From Phoronis australis (lineage: Eukaryota > Animalia > Phoronida), in the NCBI GenBank assembly GCA_002633005.1, contig NMRA01000580.1, positions 1-64,000 on the forward strand: a stretch of DNA of 64,000 nucleotides. Direction: 5' to 3'. The notes beneath the pieces were generated by a model. It was not told where the DNA came from, ran no database searches, and worked only from the letters and a program-made list of their open reading frames with translations. Below are positions 1 to 12,290 of this stretch, in pieces. Within the stretch, counting starts at the first letter, position 1. Each line of letters opens with the position of its first letter. The position numbers and the translations under genes are program-made.

Positions 1-160
1 TCATGTGACCCTGTTTTATATTGTAGGTGTGTTTCACCATGAGCGTCAACATAGCCAGTGTGCATGTCGACTCCCAATGGTCATGCGACCCTGTGTTATA
101 TTGTAGGTGTGTTTCACCATGAGCATTATTGTGGCCAGTGTACGTGTGGATGCCTACTCC
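1..160 (+). repeat. 80-bp tandem duplication spanning the Piezo 3' splice site
   Basis: 1-80 resembles 81-160 (tcatgYgaccctgtKttatattgtag|gtgtgtttcaccatgagc...gccagtgt). May continue upstream of the window. Confidence 0.9.
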
Positions 161-317
161 ATTGTCTATGTAATACTGTTGGGTATCGGCATGCTCTGCT
201 GGCGTGTCAGCCGTCGATGTCTCTCAATATGGTGGCCCGCTTATGTCATCCTACTTGCAGTTCTACTTCCTGTGCAATATGTATTGGCACTAGGAGCACC
301 ACCTGGATTTTGCTGGG
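107..317 (+). CDS. PIEZO: Piezo mechanosensitive channel, internal exon
   Basis: ttgtag| acceptor and |gtaagt donor. Translates VCFTMSIIVASVRVDAYSIVY...WWPAYVILLAVLLPVQYVLALGAPPGFCW, matching the Piezo segment WPxY...QY..CLG.PP.LC. Confidence 0.9.
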
Positions 318-1070
318 GTAAGTTATTTCAGTGCAGTTCTGTTTCATTACTAAATGCGACCCCATATTGATAATAGCCAGTTGTTCACAACTATTTCTCA
401 TTCTTTTTTATGAAAAAATTAGTTGCGCTCTATACATGGGATTTTTAATGTCCAAATTAAATGTTGGTATGAATGTTTTAATTTCACCAGCTCTCAATAT
501 TACATGTCATTGAATAATGGTATTGACGATTGTTTTGATGAGTATTTCAAACGTAGAAAGAGATGTAGTGAAATTTGTTGTCCTGTCATGAATTGATCTC
601 AGAACCTCTTGGTTGAAGTGTCTTTCCTTTACTTCTACACCGCAAACCTGTCGCTACAGTTTGAAGTCTTAAAAAGGCTTTATGTGATCCACTTCTTGAC
701 ACCACGCTAGTTTGTATATTTAACTGTAAGATAGTGAGCAATTGTTGGGTGTAAATGTGCACGAAGGCATGACAATTGCACCATCATGTGATCATTACAC
801 AAAACTATACTGTATATTCATCGATTTTTCATACTGTACGCAATAGCTCATGCGTGTGGAACGAGCAGGCACAAATCATGATCGCTATTATTGTTATGAT
901 TTGATTAAGGTCTAAAGATTGGTAAGTCTTCCGAAATTTTTAGCTTTCTTTAGTGTTTTGTTTTATGTTTGTTTAGAATGGTGACTGAACAATGAATGTG
1001 ATAAATGTGTTGTTCCAGACCAAATGCAGATGTCAGTCTGGCCTATTGTTGAACTTTTCCTTCTTTTCAG

Positions 1071-1166
1071 TTTATCCGTGGAGAGTGTCCATGTTTCCAG
1101 CCCAACTTCAGCAGTGGATGTTTTTACCTCCCCAAGAAGGTTCCCTCCCTGCCATGAAGTTACTTG
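1071..1166 (+). CDS. PIEZO: Piezo internal exon
   Basis: ttttcag| and |gtatga, phase 1-1. Translates YPWRVSMFPAQLQQWMFLPPQEGSLPAMKLL (Piezo YPW...WLYLP motif). Confidence 0.88.
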
Positions 1167-1346
1167 GTATGACACTGGTTTACAAACACCACTTTTAAAT
1201 TTTGGATATTATTTGACAGCCCACATGGTGCATGCCATTTGGTGAAGACAAAAACATTTATAATCTGTTGTATTTATAGAAATTGACGACTTAACATCGT
1301 TGTAGTTTCTTTTCTCGTTTACATTATTTTGTTCTATTTCCACCAG

Positions 1347-1512
1347 CTGATTTTTTTCAACTGCTGTTTGCTTGTCAACTATGGACCGTGTTCCGTCTGG
1401 AGAACAGTGCCAAGATGGCTGCCTACGGTGGTGGTAGTAATCAGCCAGTGATGCCTAAAGATGTTCGTGAATACACAGACATACCAGGAGAGGACTTCAT
1501 CGCTGAGAAAAG
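1347..1512 (+). CDS. PIEZO: Piezo internal exon
   Basis: caccag| and |gtattg, phase compatible with the previous exon. Translates DFFQLLFACQLWTVFRLEN...YGGGSN...DF (Piezo DF.LL....Q..VF..E motif). Confidence 0.88.
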
Positions 1513-1668
1513 GTATTGTGTATTGGACCGAAGAGTGTACTGGATGGAAATCACTGGGAATTGTTTAAAGGCGTTACTGGTCTTACAAGTTCACGCACAC
1601 AAACACGCTGGTATCTACCTATACTTATATTTCACAAACCAGTTGAAGTGTAGACTAAAGTGATCTAT

Positions 1669-4600
1669 TACGGTAAAGTCGCGTGATTTTCGGACACTGA
1701 AAATTAATTCCTATAGAAAAAATTCATTCTTGGACGAATCTCGCGAAACATCATTTCTGTGGTGTCCGAATTTGGTGGACTTCCAAATTTGGGTTTCTGC
1801 TAGTGTCCGAATTTCGTGGGTGTACATTATTTCGATGAGCGGTCGTAGCATCAACATTGCTGGCTCGGTCATTTGATAGCAGTATAATTGCAGGTAAATG
1901 AGACTCAAATGGTCTGAGCCATTAATTTTTGAAAATCTGGCTTTCCCAATAAGAAATGTGCGCCGTCGACGCACAAAGACCGTTCCCAACAAGTGTTGGT
2001 TCTTCTTTTCAAAGATGTGCTTTCTCAATATGAAATATTTGGCTTGCATTGCCGATGCTCAAAAACCGTTCTCGGCAAGTGACGGAATCTTTTCAAAACT
2101 GCGCTATCCCACTTGAAATATCGGGCTGCGTTGCGAAGAGTCTTCCTGGTGACAAATATGGGCTTTTCAATGAGTGGGTCTGGTTTGCGTTGTTGACGCA
2201 CATGAAACGTTANNNNNNNNNNNNNNNNNNNNNNNNNNNNNNNNNNNNNNNNNNNNNNNNNNNNNNNNNNNNNNNNNNNNNNNNNNNNNNNNNNNNNNNN
2301 NNNNNNNNNNNNNNNNNNNNNNNNNNNNNNNNNNNNNNNNNNNNNNNNNNNNNNNNNNNNNNNNNNNNNNNNNNNNNNNNNNNNNNNNNNNNNNNNNNNN
2401 NNNNNNNNNNNNNNNNNNNNNNNNNNNNNNNNNNNNNNNNNNNNNNNNNNNNNNNNNNNNNNNNNNNNNNNNNNNNNNNNNNNNNNNNNNNNNNNNNNNN
2501 NNNNNNNNNNNNNNNNNNNNNNNNNNNNNNNNNNNNNNNNNNNNNNNNNNNNNNNNNNNNNNNNNNNNNNNNNNNNNNNNNNNNNNNNNNNNNNNNNNNN
2601 NNNNNNNNNNNNNNNNNNNNNNNNNNNNNNNNNNNNNNNNNNNNNNNNNNNNNNNNNNNNNNNNNNNNNNNNNNNNNNNNNNNNNNNNNNNNNNNNNNNN
2701 NNNNNNNNNNNNNNNNNNNNNNNNNNNNNNNNNNNNNNNNNNNNNNNNNNNNNNNNNNNNNNNNNNNNNNNNNNNNNNNNNNNNNNNNNNNNNNNNNNNN
2801 NNNNNNNNNNNNNNNNNNNNNNNNNNNNNNNNNNNNNNNNNNNNNNNNNNNNNNNNNNNNNNNNNNNNNNNNNNNNNNNNNNNNNNNNNNNNNNNNNNNN
2901 NNNNNNNNNNNNNNNNNNNNNNNNNNNNNNNNNNNNNNNNNNNNNNNNNNNNNNNNNNNNNNNNNNNNNNNNNNNNNNNNNNNNNNNNNNNNNNNNNNNN
3001 NNNNNNNNNNNNNNNNNNNNNNNNNNNNNNNNNNNNNNNNNNNNNNNNNNNNNNNNNNNNNNNNNNNNNNNNNNNNNNNNNNNNNNNNNNNNNNNNNNNN
3101 NNNNNNNNNNNNNNNNNNNNNNNNNNNNNNNNNNNNNNNNNNNNNNNNNNNNNNNNNNNNNNNNNNNNNNNNNNNNNNNCCCCCCCCCTCGGCCTCCTGT
3201 TGCACACCAATGTCGATTTTGCGCCACTAATTCTAAGGGAGTCTACTAGGTGCAACCCCCTGCCAAGACCGTTGTTGCGCACTTTGATACAATAGGATAC
3301 TGGGCAGATCACGACTATTAGAAGAATCGACTAGTGACGACCTGAAAAGAAAAACGAAAGCACTCAATTTGGGACAGGTGAACTCATGAAGGACGTAAAC
3401 CAGGCAATTCAAGTACCATTCTACTATTTACATACTTAATTTTCTTTCTTAATGTATATTTAACCAGTTACAATTCATCTATGTCGACCGTTTTCATTTC
3501 ATTTCGTCATATATTTGCTACAGTTACGGAAAATAGTTCTTCCCACAGGTCTCTGCTGTTGGACATTACACACTTCTGCTAACATTTAAAGTATGAACAG
3601 TCGCGAGTTTACTGAAGTCTCATTATAAGTACAGAAATGTTGTTGCAGAATAACAGTGACTATCTGAAGACAGGAATACATAACAAAATAAAATATGGAA
3701 ACACCAAACAAAAATCAAAACAACACTTACCTGTTGCAATAACGCCTTAAATGCGAACGTACTGACCGACTTGCATGAACGGAATGTTAGTTGAACATGT
3801 TAGTAGAACAAAACTGTCTCAATGAAATTTTCATGGTTGACAGGTTTAAGAAGATCCACCGTAGATTTCCGTATATAAGTCCAGGAGAATATATGGCCAA
3901 TTTGCGTATCTTAAATTTTTCCCTAAAATATACCTGGGATGCATATCTGAGAATAAAAATGCATGCTTGAAATCTAAAAATAATGCTATTCCCACTAGGA
4001 TATAATTAGGGTGAGCTACAGTATTTATACTGTGTTCGTGTATTCGGCATTGCTGAGTATAGGCCCTGGTGTATTTTTACATAAGACGTTTGGTTTCCCC
4101 AACTTATATACGGAAATCGCTAGTAATACTTCCCAAAATTATTTACCCTTGCTGCAAGTAAGGCATCACCTCGGGTAAAAATAGAACAATAATAATTAGC
4201 AATGTAACAGTCAACACAATTAAACACACTTACAGCTGAAATGCCTCTAAAACTATATTAAGTAATACAAAAAACATGGTCTGTAGTTTAAGATCACGTT
4301 TCTTTTTTGTCTCAAAACTATCAACTGAAGGCGGTAACATAGACATGAAGACAAGGTCCTGTGGAAAGTAGATATGGAACTCCGGTCGGAAACACCTATC
4401 AGGTTCCAGGCCCGTTGCATCGGACTCCAGGTCCTGTATTCTTGTTAGCCTACCCCTAGGACCACAAGAAGCAACGACTACCAAATCTGATTCAACTGAC
4501 TTGTCATTTTTCGAAATGATTGGTGGAGGATTTTCTTAGTCGCCGCAGACAGAGAGTGCCACAGGGTCCCGGTGTCCTTGTCGGGATTCATCTTAATCTC

Positions 4601-5965
4601 GGGACACCATGGAGTTCAGGGTGTTGTACCTCAGACGGTACAGCTAGGATGTGAATTAACAAGACCACAAGTACACAGACCAGTGGATGAGCAAGCAAAA
4701 TTGGGTCGCCGCAAGTTAAATCTTTTTAGGTTTACATCTGGGGTTAAGCTCGTAACGCTAGAACTTCGCTAAAAAGCACGAATTCATGAAATTACGTGAT
4801 GTATTGTGTTTTTTAATTGAAAGCGTGATTTTGGCCTGATTTTTGTATTTCCCAAGACAGCTACTGAACTCTACCCTAGTCTGCGATCGGGGGCGCAAGG
4901 GTGAGAATCTCACGAACACGCTAGACTTAAGACGTCGAGACGTATGGTGAGGCCTTGCAAACGAAGCACACGATCACACTATCTTCTTTAGCGAGATTCT
5001 TGCATCTGCGATGCTTATCAGAGAGCAACAGACAATTTGTAAGGGTAGTGAAACGTGGTTACGTGGATGTACATTAGTTTTTGATATGTGTTGTAGCACA
5101 CCGGCACTTACACAACATAGGACAGGGATGCAATGTCTCTGTAACAATTGCGTGTGCGCCGCACCCCTTTCTGAGTGCTGGGCCTTGCCCTGTGTTTGAT
5201 TTTTAACCAGTTTTACTTTGGCTCCGTCTCATTCGGCTGCTGCTGTTCACTATCTACACTACTTTGAACGCGCGATATCCTACGGACATACTTAGCTGTG
5301 ACCTATTGTATATGGGGGCCTAAACAAAAAATATTTCTCATCACGTCAAGAATAAAATCCAGACACGTCGTCGGGAGATTTTAGCCACTAACAAGGGCAT
5401 TTGCAAAGGCCAGGACGTTTTAAAAATAAAAACGCTTCCTAAACACGCAAGTTGAGGCGTGCAAGTTCAATGTCACAGTCGGAAGTTGAACAACACGGTC
5501 TAATTAAACCAGAGCACATGTTACGCTACAACAAAAAACTGCAGCCTTCCGTGTATTTCCCATTTGTATTTTCATCAGAAATTTTCGTCATAGCTAAAGC
5601 GCCAAACTCAAGCTAAACGCAAGACAATCGAGTAACGATCATGACATCGTCAAGACAAGGTAAAAATTACAAAGCCCGTTACCCCAATTCTCAGATTCAA
5701 GCCTTATCGAGTAGTAATCATCCCTTGAACGCTTTAGTGACACGGGAGTTGCGTCGATCCTAAATTAGCGTTTCTAAAATTTTCCTTGTCCGAAAGTCGC
5801 GGGACAAAAATCCGACGTTTATGACATTGTCCGAAATTCGAGGATCGTTGAAAAACAGGTTTTGGACCTTGTACGAATTTCGTGGACCATGAAAAACTCA
5901 TTTCGGAAATATTTATTCTTGGTCGAAAATGGCGGGCCGTCCGAAAATCACGCGACTTTACCGTA
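1669..5965. mobile_element. TA-flanked TIR DNA transposon ends bracketing the assembly gap
   Basis: Perfect 27-bp inverted repeat tacggtaaagtcgcgtgattttcggac at 1669-1695 and 5939-5965, with subterminal gtccgaaWttcg-like motifs at both ends. Confidence 0.7.
2213..3179. other. Assembly gap (967 N)
   Basis: Run of N. Confidence 1.
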
Positions 5966-6458
5966 CTCGTTTTCAGAACATTACCCGTTGGATGAGGATT
6001 CATCAAAAAGTAGTTTTTTAAGATTTTCATGAAACAATTTATTGCAACCAGAAATGAAATTATGACTACAGCATTTTTGAGAGTTCATCTCGAACATTCA
6101 TATCCAAATGAATTTAGTCATGTTTTGCTGAATGTTGCTAAAAATGGTCACATGATCCAAATGAGGACAGATTGGTCAATAATCAGAAGTCAATCTGTAC
6201 ATGCTTTCTTCTTTTATAAAATATTATACTTTTAGGGACTTGAAATGTATCGTTTTGTAGATACTTGACTAATTAAACAGACTTGTAGATAAGGTCCTGC
6301 ATATTTGATAAATTTAGCATACAGATACTTATCAAATGCTGTAGAATTTTCGCTTTTGCAGTTTATTTTGTAAACGTTGTTCCTGGCCGACATTTTACGC
6401 AAGAGTGTACAAATTAAAGTAGCGTTAAAACCATGTCAACCTCTTCTTTTCTCTTCAG

Positions 6459-6569
6459 GCATCATCGTCATGTTCTTGTAGAATGGCTCCAAGATGGCAG
6501 CGCTGAGTTAGACTTTACTGAGAGTATACTGCGCGATGATGCAAAAAACTATCACGCCTGGCAACACAG
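6459..6569 (+). CDS. FNTA: Protein farnesyltransferase/geranylgeranyltransferase-I alpha subunit, internal exon
   Basis: [37 protein letters not shown] (PPTA repeat); AG/GT boundaries. Confidence 0.95.
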
Positions 6570-7137
6570 GTTTGTTAGTCATGTTAGATAAATTGAAAAA
6601 GTGTACAATGTTTACGGTGGTAGATAGCCTTAATTTCTTTTCGTCAATACATAAATAATAAAGCATACTGATTGTGAGACCACTTCACATATTTTTATTA
6701 GTAAAAACTGCTCTCTCTTAACTGATAAGAACTTTTCATATTATTAAAATTTGGTCGTAGAGGAGCACGAGTTATAACAGGGGCGGAAAATGTGTAGTCA
6801 CTGGTATGAGCTTCAGATTTAAAAAAAAATAATTCTGTTGAATTTTGCCTCTTTGAACAAGTTAGTGTGTTAGTGCAAGTGAATAGGCTTATCAATATAG
6901 AGGAGTTGCTAGGGTGTGGCGTAATCATTTTTGTCCATATTCTAAGCATAACAGTTACTGTAGTGGTAACGTGTTTGTCAGTAGTCATATACATAACTAC
7001 GTGATGTGGCCAACAGATGATGTGCTGGCAAGACTTAAATGTTAGTCAGTAATAATTGAAATTATTGTAACAGTTCGAGAATCACCTTCCATTTCAATCA
7101 CCTTGAGCTTCAGCTGGTTCTCTTTCCCTTTCTACAG

Positions 7138-7299
7138 ACAATGGGTCATCAGAGAGTTCAATCTTTGGGATCAGGAACTAGACTTTGTCAACAGTTTGTT
7201 AGAGGAAGATCTCCGCAACAACTCGGCATGGAACCAGCGTTACTTTGTAATCTCCAATACAACGAAATATACCAACGAGGTGCTTCAAGGGGAGGTCAG
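7138..7299 (+). CDS. FNTA: FNTA internal exon
   Basis: [42 protein letters not shown]; ctacag| and |gtacgt. Confidence 0.95.
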
Positions 7300-9109
7300 G
7301 TACGTACACCAAACTTTAAGCTGTTTTAAGTTTACTGACCTTCATATGGAACTCGTTAAAGTATTGTTAATTAAATCAGAGCTGTATGTTGGCACTTGTT
7401 GTCCTAAATTGTTGTAAATATGATCCTGATGATGCCTAATGAAAAGACGAAACGTTGAATTGAACATGAACTTTTTTTTTTGTGCGGCGATCGTCCGGTT
7501 TTTAATCATTAAAGTATGCATGCGCAACCCTGAGCAAAGGTTTTTGGAAAAAATGGCTCTCGAACCAGGTTGCTATGAAAACCTAGTCACTTGAACTTTG
7601 TTTTCCATGAATTTGCAAAAAAATACTTTTAGATTTTGCCTTTCTTCCGTTAATCAAATTCTAAATATATCACGGCAAATGATGAAAACTTTACGATATC
7701 TCAATGTTCACAGTACGAACGGAAATCGGACCAAATAGACAACCCCTCCCATCTGAGTAGGGAACAAGTAGACACCAGTGCCCAGTTGCATTGAACCATC
7801 CCAAATATGGACACAACTAAGTTCCCTAAATCATATGCATTTTTGTGTTGTTTTACTTACAAACGTTTTTCAGCCATCGTCTTGTATTTTATATGCACTC
7901 TTCCACTAATATCTAAAATCCTTATTTCAATGAAAGCAAATGGGGACTTATTCTTTAAATTAGACACATTGTCTGAGAAGATCTTCCGTATTATTTTACT
8001 TTTAATAATATTGAGAATTCAAAATTAGAGTTTATAAATATTCTCAGTTTCCACCAAAGACAAAAAATGACTTTATTTTAGTAAATGAAATAAAACTAGA
8101 AAGGGCAACCTATGTTTCCACAAGTCCATGCAGTGAAAAGCTAAGCCATATAGTTCGGGTAGTCTGGTAGAAAAGGCCCAAATCAAAAATCAATCTGTTG
8201 GACGGAACAAAGGTTTGTTGCAGCTTTAAAACTGCCAGACTTAAATTGTTATCACTAGGATTCTCAAATGCGTAGATTGTCAAGAGCTTGTTCTGTATTG
8301 CATGCTCTTTGGTTTAAATTTTTCAACACTTGTCTTTTATGGGAATTATTTTCTCTGGCAGGATTATCATTACAAGTTGCAGTCACTTAGTAATGCGGTC
8401 ACACAAACACAAATGAAAATTCCCAGCACCCTCTGATGATCATGTCTGTGGCTGAATTGCCATCGGGGAGAGTATCGATTCTGTTATTGGAGAGGAATCG
8501 GAGAGAGTTTCATTGTGAAGATTCCATACACTGGAGAATTCATAACTGGGATACAGTGTAGCTACATTTTAGATAAGTTCCATACATGTATTTTATGAAC
8601 GGGGATTGTCACATCATGTGCTTATATGAATTCTGAACTAAAGCAGTTTGCATGTGAAACCTTATGCTTGACTCTTTTTACGTGGAACTTGTTTCATCAA
8701 AATTATGATGTTGGCTTTTTATTTAATATCTTGCTCCTTCAGGGGGGTCTTCTTACTGGTCAAGAAACAATGTAACGTTTTGTGTGAATGGAGCTTTGTG
8801 GGTAAATCTTTGTAAATAAATCTGTCCAAAATATATCAACTACTCTTGGGGAATTCATTTGTGTGGTACAGTTGCATATGTGGGATTGAGTCAGCTGCTC
8901 TGCTATTCAATAATTCAAACTCGTATACGCATGATGAACAGCGTTGTTACCAGGATGTGATGAAGCAAATGTCAGTGGCCACTGTGTTAAAATGATTTAC
9001 CACGACTGTTCTTTTTTCATTTCAAATTCAAAACCTTGGCCAGTATTATTAAACCGGGGGAGCATGCATGACATTTATACATGTTTGATCATCTTGTCTT
9101 TGTTTTCAG

Positions 9110-9172
9110 TTTTACTCAGCACATGATTCAAAAAGCTCCAAACAATGAGAGCCCATGGAGTTATTTACGAGG
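9110..9172 (+). CDS. FNTA: FNTA internal exon
   Basis: FTQHMIQKAPNNESPWSYLRG; tttcag| and |gtaaga. Confidence 0.93.
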
Positions 9173-9710
9173 GTAAGATTCAGCGTGAAGTTGTGAATAT
9201 CCAGTTAAACTGACAGAACATTTGTGAAAACTTCTTGAAGGAAAGAATCTGGTTTCTGAGTAATTTAGCAAGTGTTGTATTATGTTATACTCTGTTATAT
9301 TATTATGTAACAATTGACTTTCGACAAGGTCAATATGTTGGTTTTAGACCTCAAAATTGTGATGATGACCAAGGCGGAGCTAATTGGTCTGTTACAAATT
9401 AGCAGACAATGTCTAGACTAGTCGCGGACGCATTTCCAACGGATTACACTAAATGTTCTGTATTTACTGACATATTGGCCACAAATTCGAAATAACTTTA
9501 TCCAGCTAATAGAGCCATCAAGGAATTTTGGTTATCATCGGTTTGTCTAACTATTCCACTGGTCCTAGCAAAGAATAAAGTGCACAAGAATTATCACTCA
9601 AATGTTATCTATTAAATTTCATCTGTTCGCCAGAGTGTGTGCTAAACAAGTGAATAGTTGCCAAATATTTATCTATGACCAGTCATTTAATTCAAGTTTT
9701 TGAATTTCAG

Positions 9711-9885
9711 CATCTTGGCAGACCATGATATTAGCCGGTATCCTACTGTGGAGGAGTTTTGTCAGGAATTGTACGCAAAAAATATACGTTCACCCCATCT
9801 ATTGTCTATGATGATCAGCCTCTATGAAGATAGACTTGAGTTGAATCATGAAGACAAGAGTGCAAACTTAACTAAGGCTTTGGAG
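9711..9885 (+). CDS. FNTA: FNTA internal exon
   Basis: ILADHDISRYP...SPHLLSMMISLYED...LTKALE; tttcag| and |gttggt. Confidence 0.9.
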
Positions 9886-10589
9886 GTTGGTTATGTTGTG
9901 AAATGGGGTATTGTAAACTTAAGGTCTTCATTACATCACCAGGTGGAGCTGTCATTTATTTTATTTGGTTTGGGAGGGAGTTGTTGGCAGCTGACAGGTG
10001 GTAATCATAGGCTGTATGAGTAATGTAAACATATTCTGAATGACTCATGTTTTTAAAAAACGCAATTTTCACACACAGTTGCTTTAACAAATTTTCGAAA
10101 AAGTTAACAGTTACAAAAAACATTGAAAATCCTGAAAAGAGGGTCAGTAATGCTCAAAGCTTAACTTTGGTGTAGTCAGATCTGGTTTTATGAAGCGACC
10201 CCTAGTGGGAAGAGAAAGGAAACAAACTCCAACCTCGTGCACCTGAGGTAGTTTCATTAATTTTTTATTATTATTTAAATTTCTATTGTTAAACAATTGA
10301 AATTAGTATGATTGTTTCCTTCTGTTTATCTGTCTAAAGCTTAAAACTTGATCACTTTTCTCTACATTACTGAAATTTTCCTTTGTGATAAGAATTTTAT
10401 TTCTGTTGTTAAGTACTGGTATTACTAATCAGAGAACCATATTATTAGCCATTCCTACCAAAATTTGGCTGCTTCGATTCAATGGCAGTTGTAAATTCTT
10501 AATAAAACTTCCAATTCATCTTTCTGTGCATAACTTATTTTTTGCATTTAATTTTTTTTTTTTGCTATTTTTAATTTTTCTTCTTTCAG

Positions 10590-10682
10590 CTGTGCGAAGC
10601 TCTCAGCACAAACTTTGACACCATCAGAGCACAATATTGGAAGTATATTGCGGGGAACATGTCGGCCAAGTACGGTCCTTGA
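10590..10682 (+). CDS. FNTA: FNTA terminal exon
   Basis: LCEALSTNFDTIRAQYWKYIAGNMSAKYGP* (DTIR..YW.Y motif) after a long polypyrimidine tract. Confidence 0.93.
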   Translation: MCEALSTNFDTIRAQYWKYIAGNMSAKYGP

Positions 10683-11908
10683 AGAGAAGGCACGACTGAA
10701 AATATTAGTGTAACATTACACCAAGTCTGTGTTATGTTTAACTGACCATTGTGAAATCAGTGCTGCCGGAAAGTTTGATGCTCGGATTTCCATTTTCTCA
10801 CATGATTGCGTGATGAATGTTTCCAGAGAGAGACACCACTCTTATGTCATTGTGACCAATTGAGAAACATGTCCTAGTCCTGTTCAGTATTGCATTATTT
10901 GATTTCTGATTTCTTGGTAAATCCACAATTGCTTTGCTTGTGTCTTCTGTGAGCTGGTCAGTCAGTGTCTCCATATACATCTCACATTTTTAATCATGGT
11001 AATGTGATACGTCATTGTTGTGTAATTTGGTATTGTCATTTTAATTACAATAGAATATTCACTGTGAATGTTAAATTGTTGCTTTTCCTTCGATTTTGGA
11101 CTTGGAGGGGATAACCAGAAGGCATGGTGGCTTAGAATTTTGCAGATGTTTGTAAATTACTGGTGTCCTTCACACTCAGTGAATGTAGTTCTTTGTGAAT
11201 CCTGCTCATAAGTATACCAGTCTCACTTGGCCTGTATGAGTAAATGGCTTACAAAGTGCTTAGGGTCCTGTCTGAGAAAATAAAAGATCTGGTGAGAAGT
11301 GGAAGCTTAGGATACGAGAACCTATTGAGATCCAAGTCCATAGACCTAGTCATAACAGAGGTCCAGGACTTAATCCACATTGGCGAATCCAGTACTGTTT
11401 GTATTGTTTTATTCTACTACAACAGAGGATGAACCGGTGGTGAATCAACCGAAAACGATATGGACAAAGCGGCTGTACACTTTCGGTCTGATTTATTTGG
11501 TTCCAAAAAGAATCTTCACTTTATATTTTATCATTTAAATGGAACCCAGTAATATACATAGTCTCAGTGAAAAGATTATTACGGTATGGTCATGTGTCAT
11601 ATTTTTATTTTTTCAGTATAGTCACACGTGCAACTGAATTTTTTCATGTAAGACGTGCGGCACATAATTAATTTTCAATTAAGTTTCGTGCAATATCTAA
11701 CATCACGCAAACATGAATTTGAAAACTTAGTTGAGTGAACGGGTATAGCCTCGATTCTTGTAGCTATGTAGGCCTAAATACAAATAAACTGAACGAAAAC
11801 AACGTTTCTATACGATACCAGCGTGCGTTCAGTAACCTACGCCTAGGACCTAGCTAAAATCTAGCCAAAACGACGTCATTCTCATTTAAAATACACTGCC
11901 ACATCTTA

Positions 11909-12290
11909 GTTGCACGACAACAGTACGGGTCCCCAAATTTTTTTGCATATTTGTCGTTCTTTACTTACAGATTGTAATATTTTTCTACCATATCTATGAA
12001 CTGCCTCTTTGACTCCTCATTTTCTAATGATATAACTAAAATCTGAACCCTAAGTTGTTGAAAACGAATGGGGACTTACGAGCGTGGCCTGAAAAGGTTC
12101 CCACCAGTAGGTCTACTCATTATTTTATTGAGAATTCAACGTCCGACTCTCGCTTTGTATCAAAGCCAAAAATTGACTTCAATAATGAAATTACAACAGT
12201 ATGAAAAAGGGCATTCACTTCAATAACAAGTCCACAAGCATGTTTTAGATTTAGGGACCTTAGTCCCTATTTGGGACTGTTGCAACCGGG
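11909..12290. mobile_element. MITE, degenerate copy of the element at 38759-39190
   Basis: Shared internal sequence (gtccc.aaat.ttttgc.tattt..tcgttcttta) and shared end gtccctat.tgggactgt...tgcaaccggg. Confidence 0.7.

Noticed and set aside
2025-3312. Five 330-400-aa ORFs in the ORF track
   Set aside because: Artefacts of translating through the 967-N gap
4340-4480. Vague similarity to 11260-11380 (ggtcctgt...cctat...tcca.g.cc...ccagg)
   Set aside because: Too weak to align confidently by eye
9886-9935. tgtaaacttaaggtctt after an FNTA donor, echoing exon-end tgcaaacttaactaaggcttt
   Set aside because: A single short gapped match that could be chance
107-10682. A genuine Piezo-FNTA fusion gene
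   Set aside because: The join crosses an assembly gap inside a repeat; a misjoin is the simpler explanation
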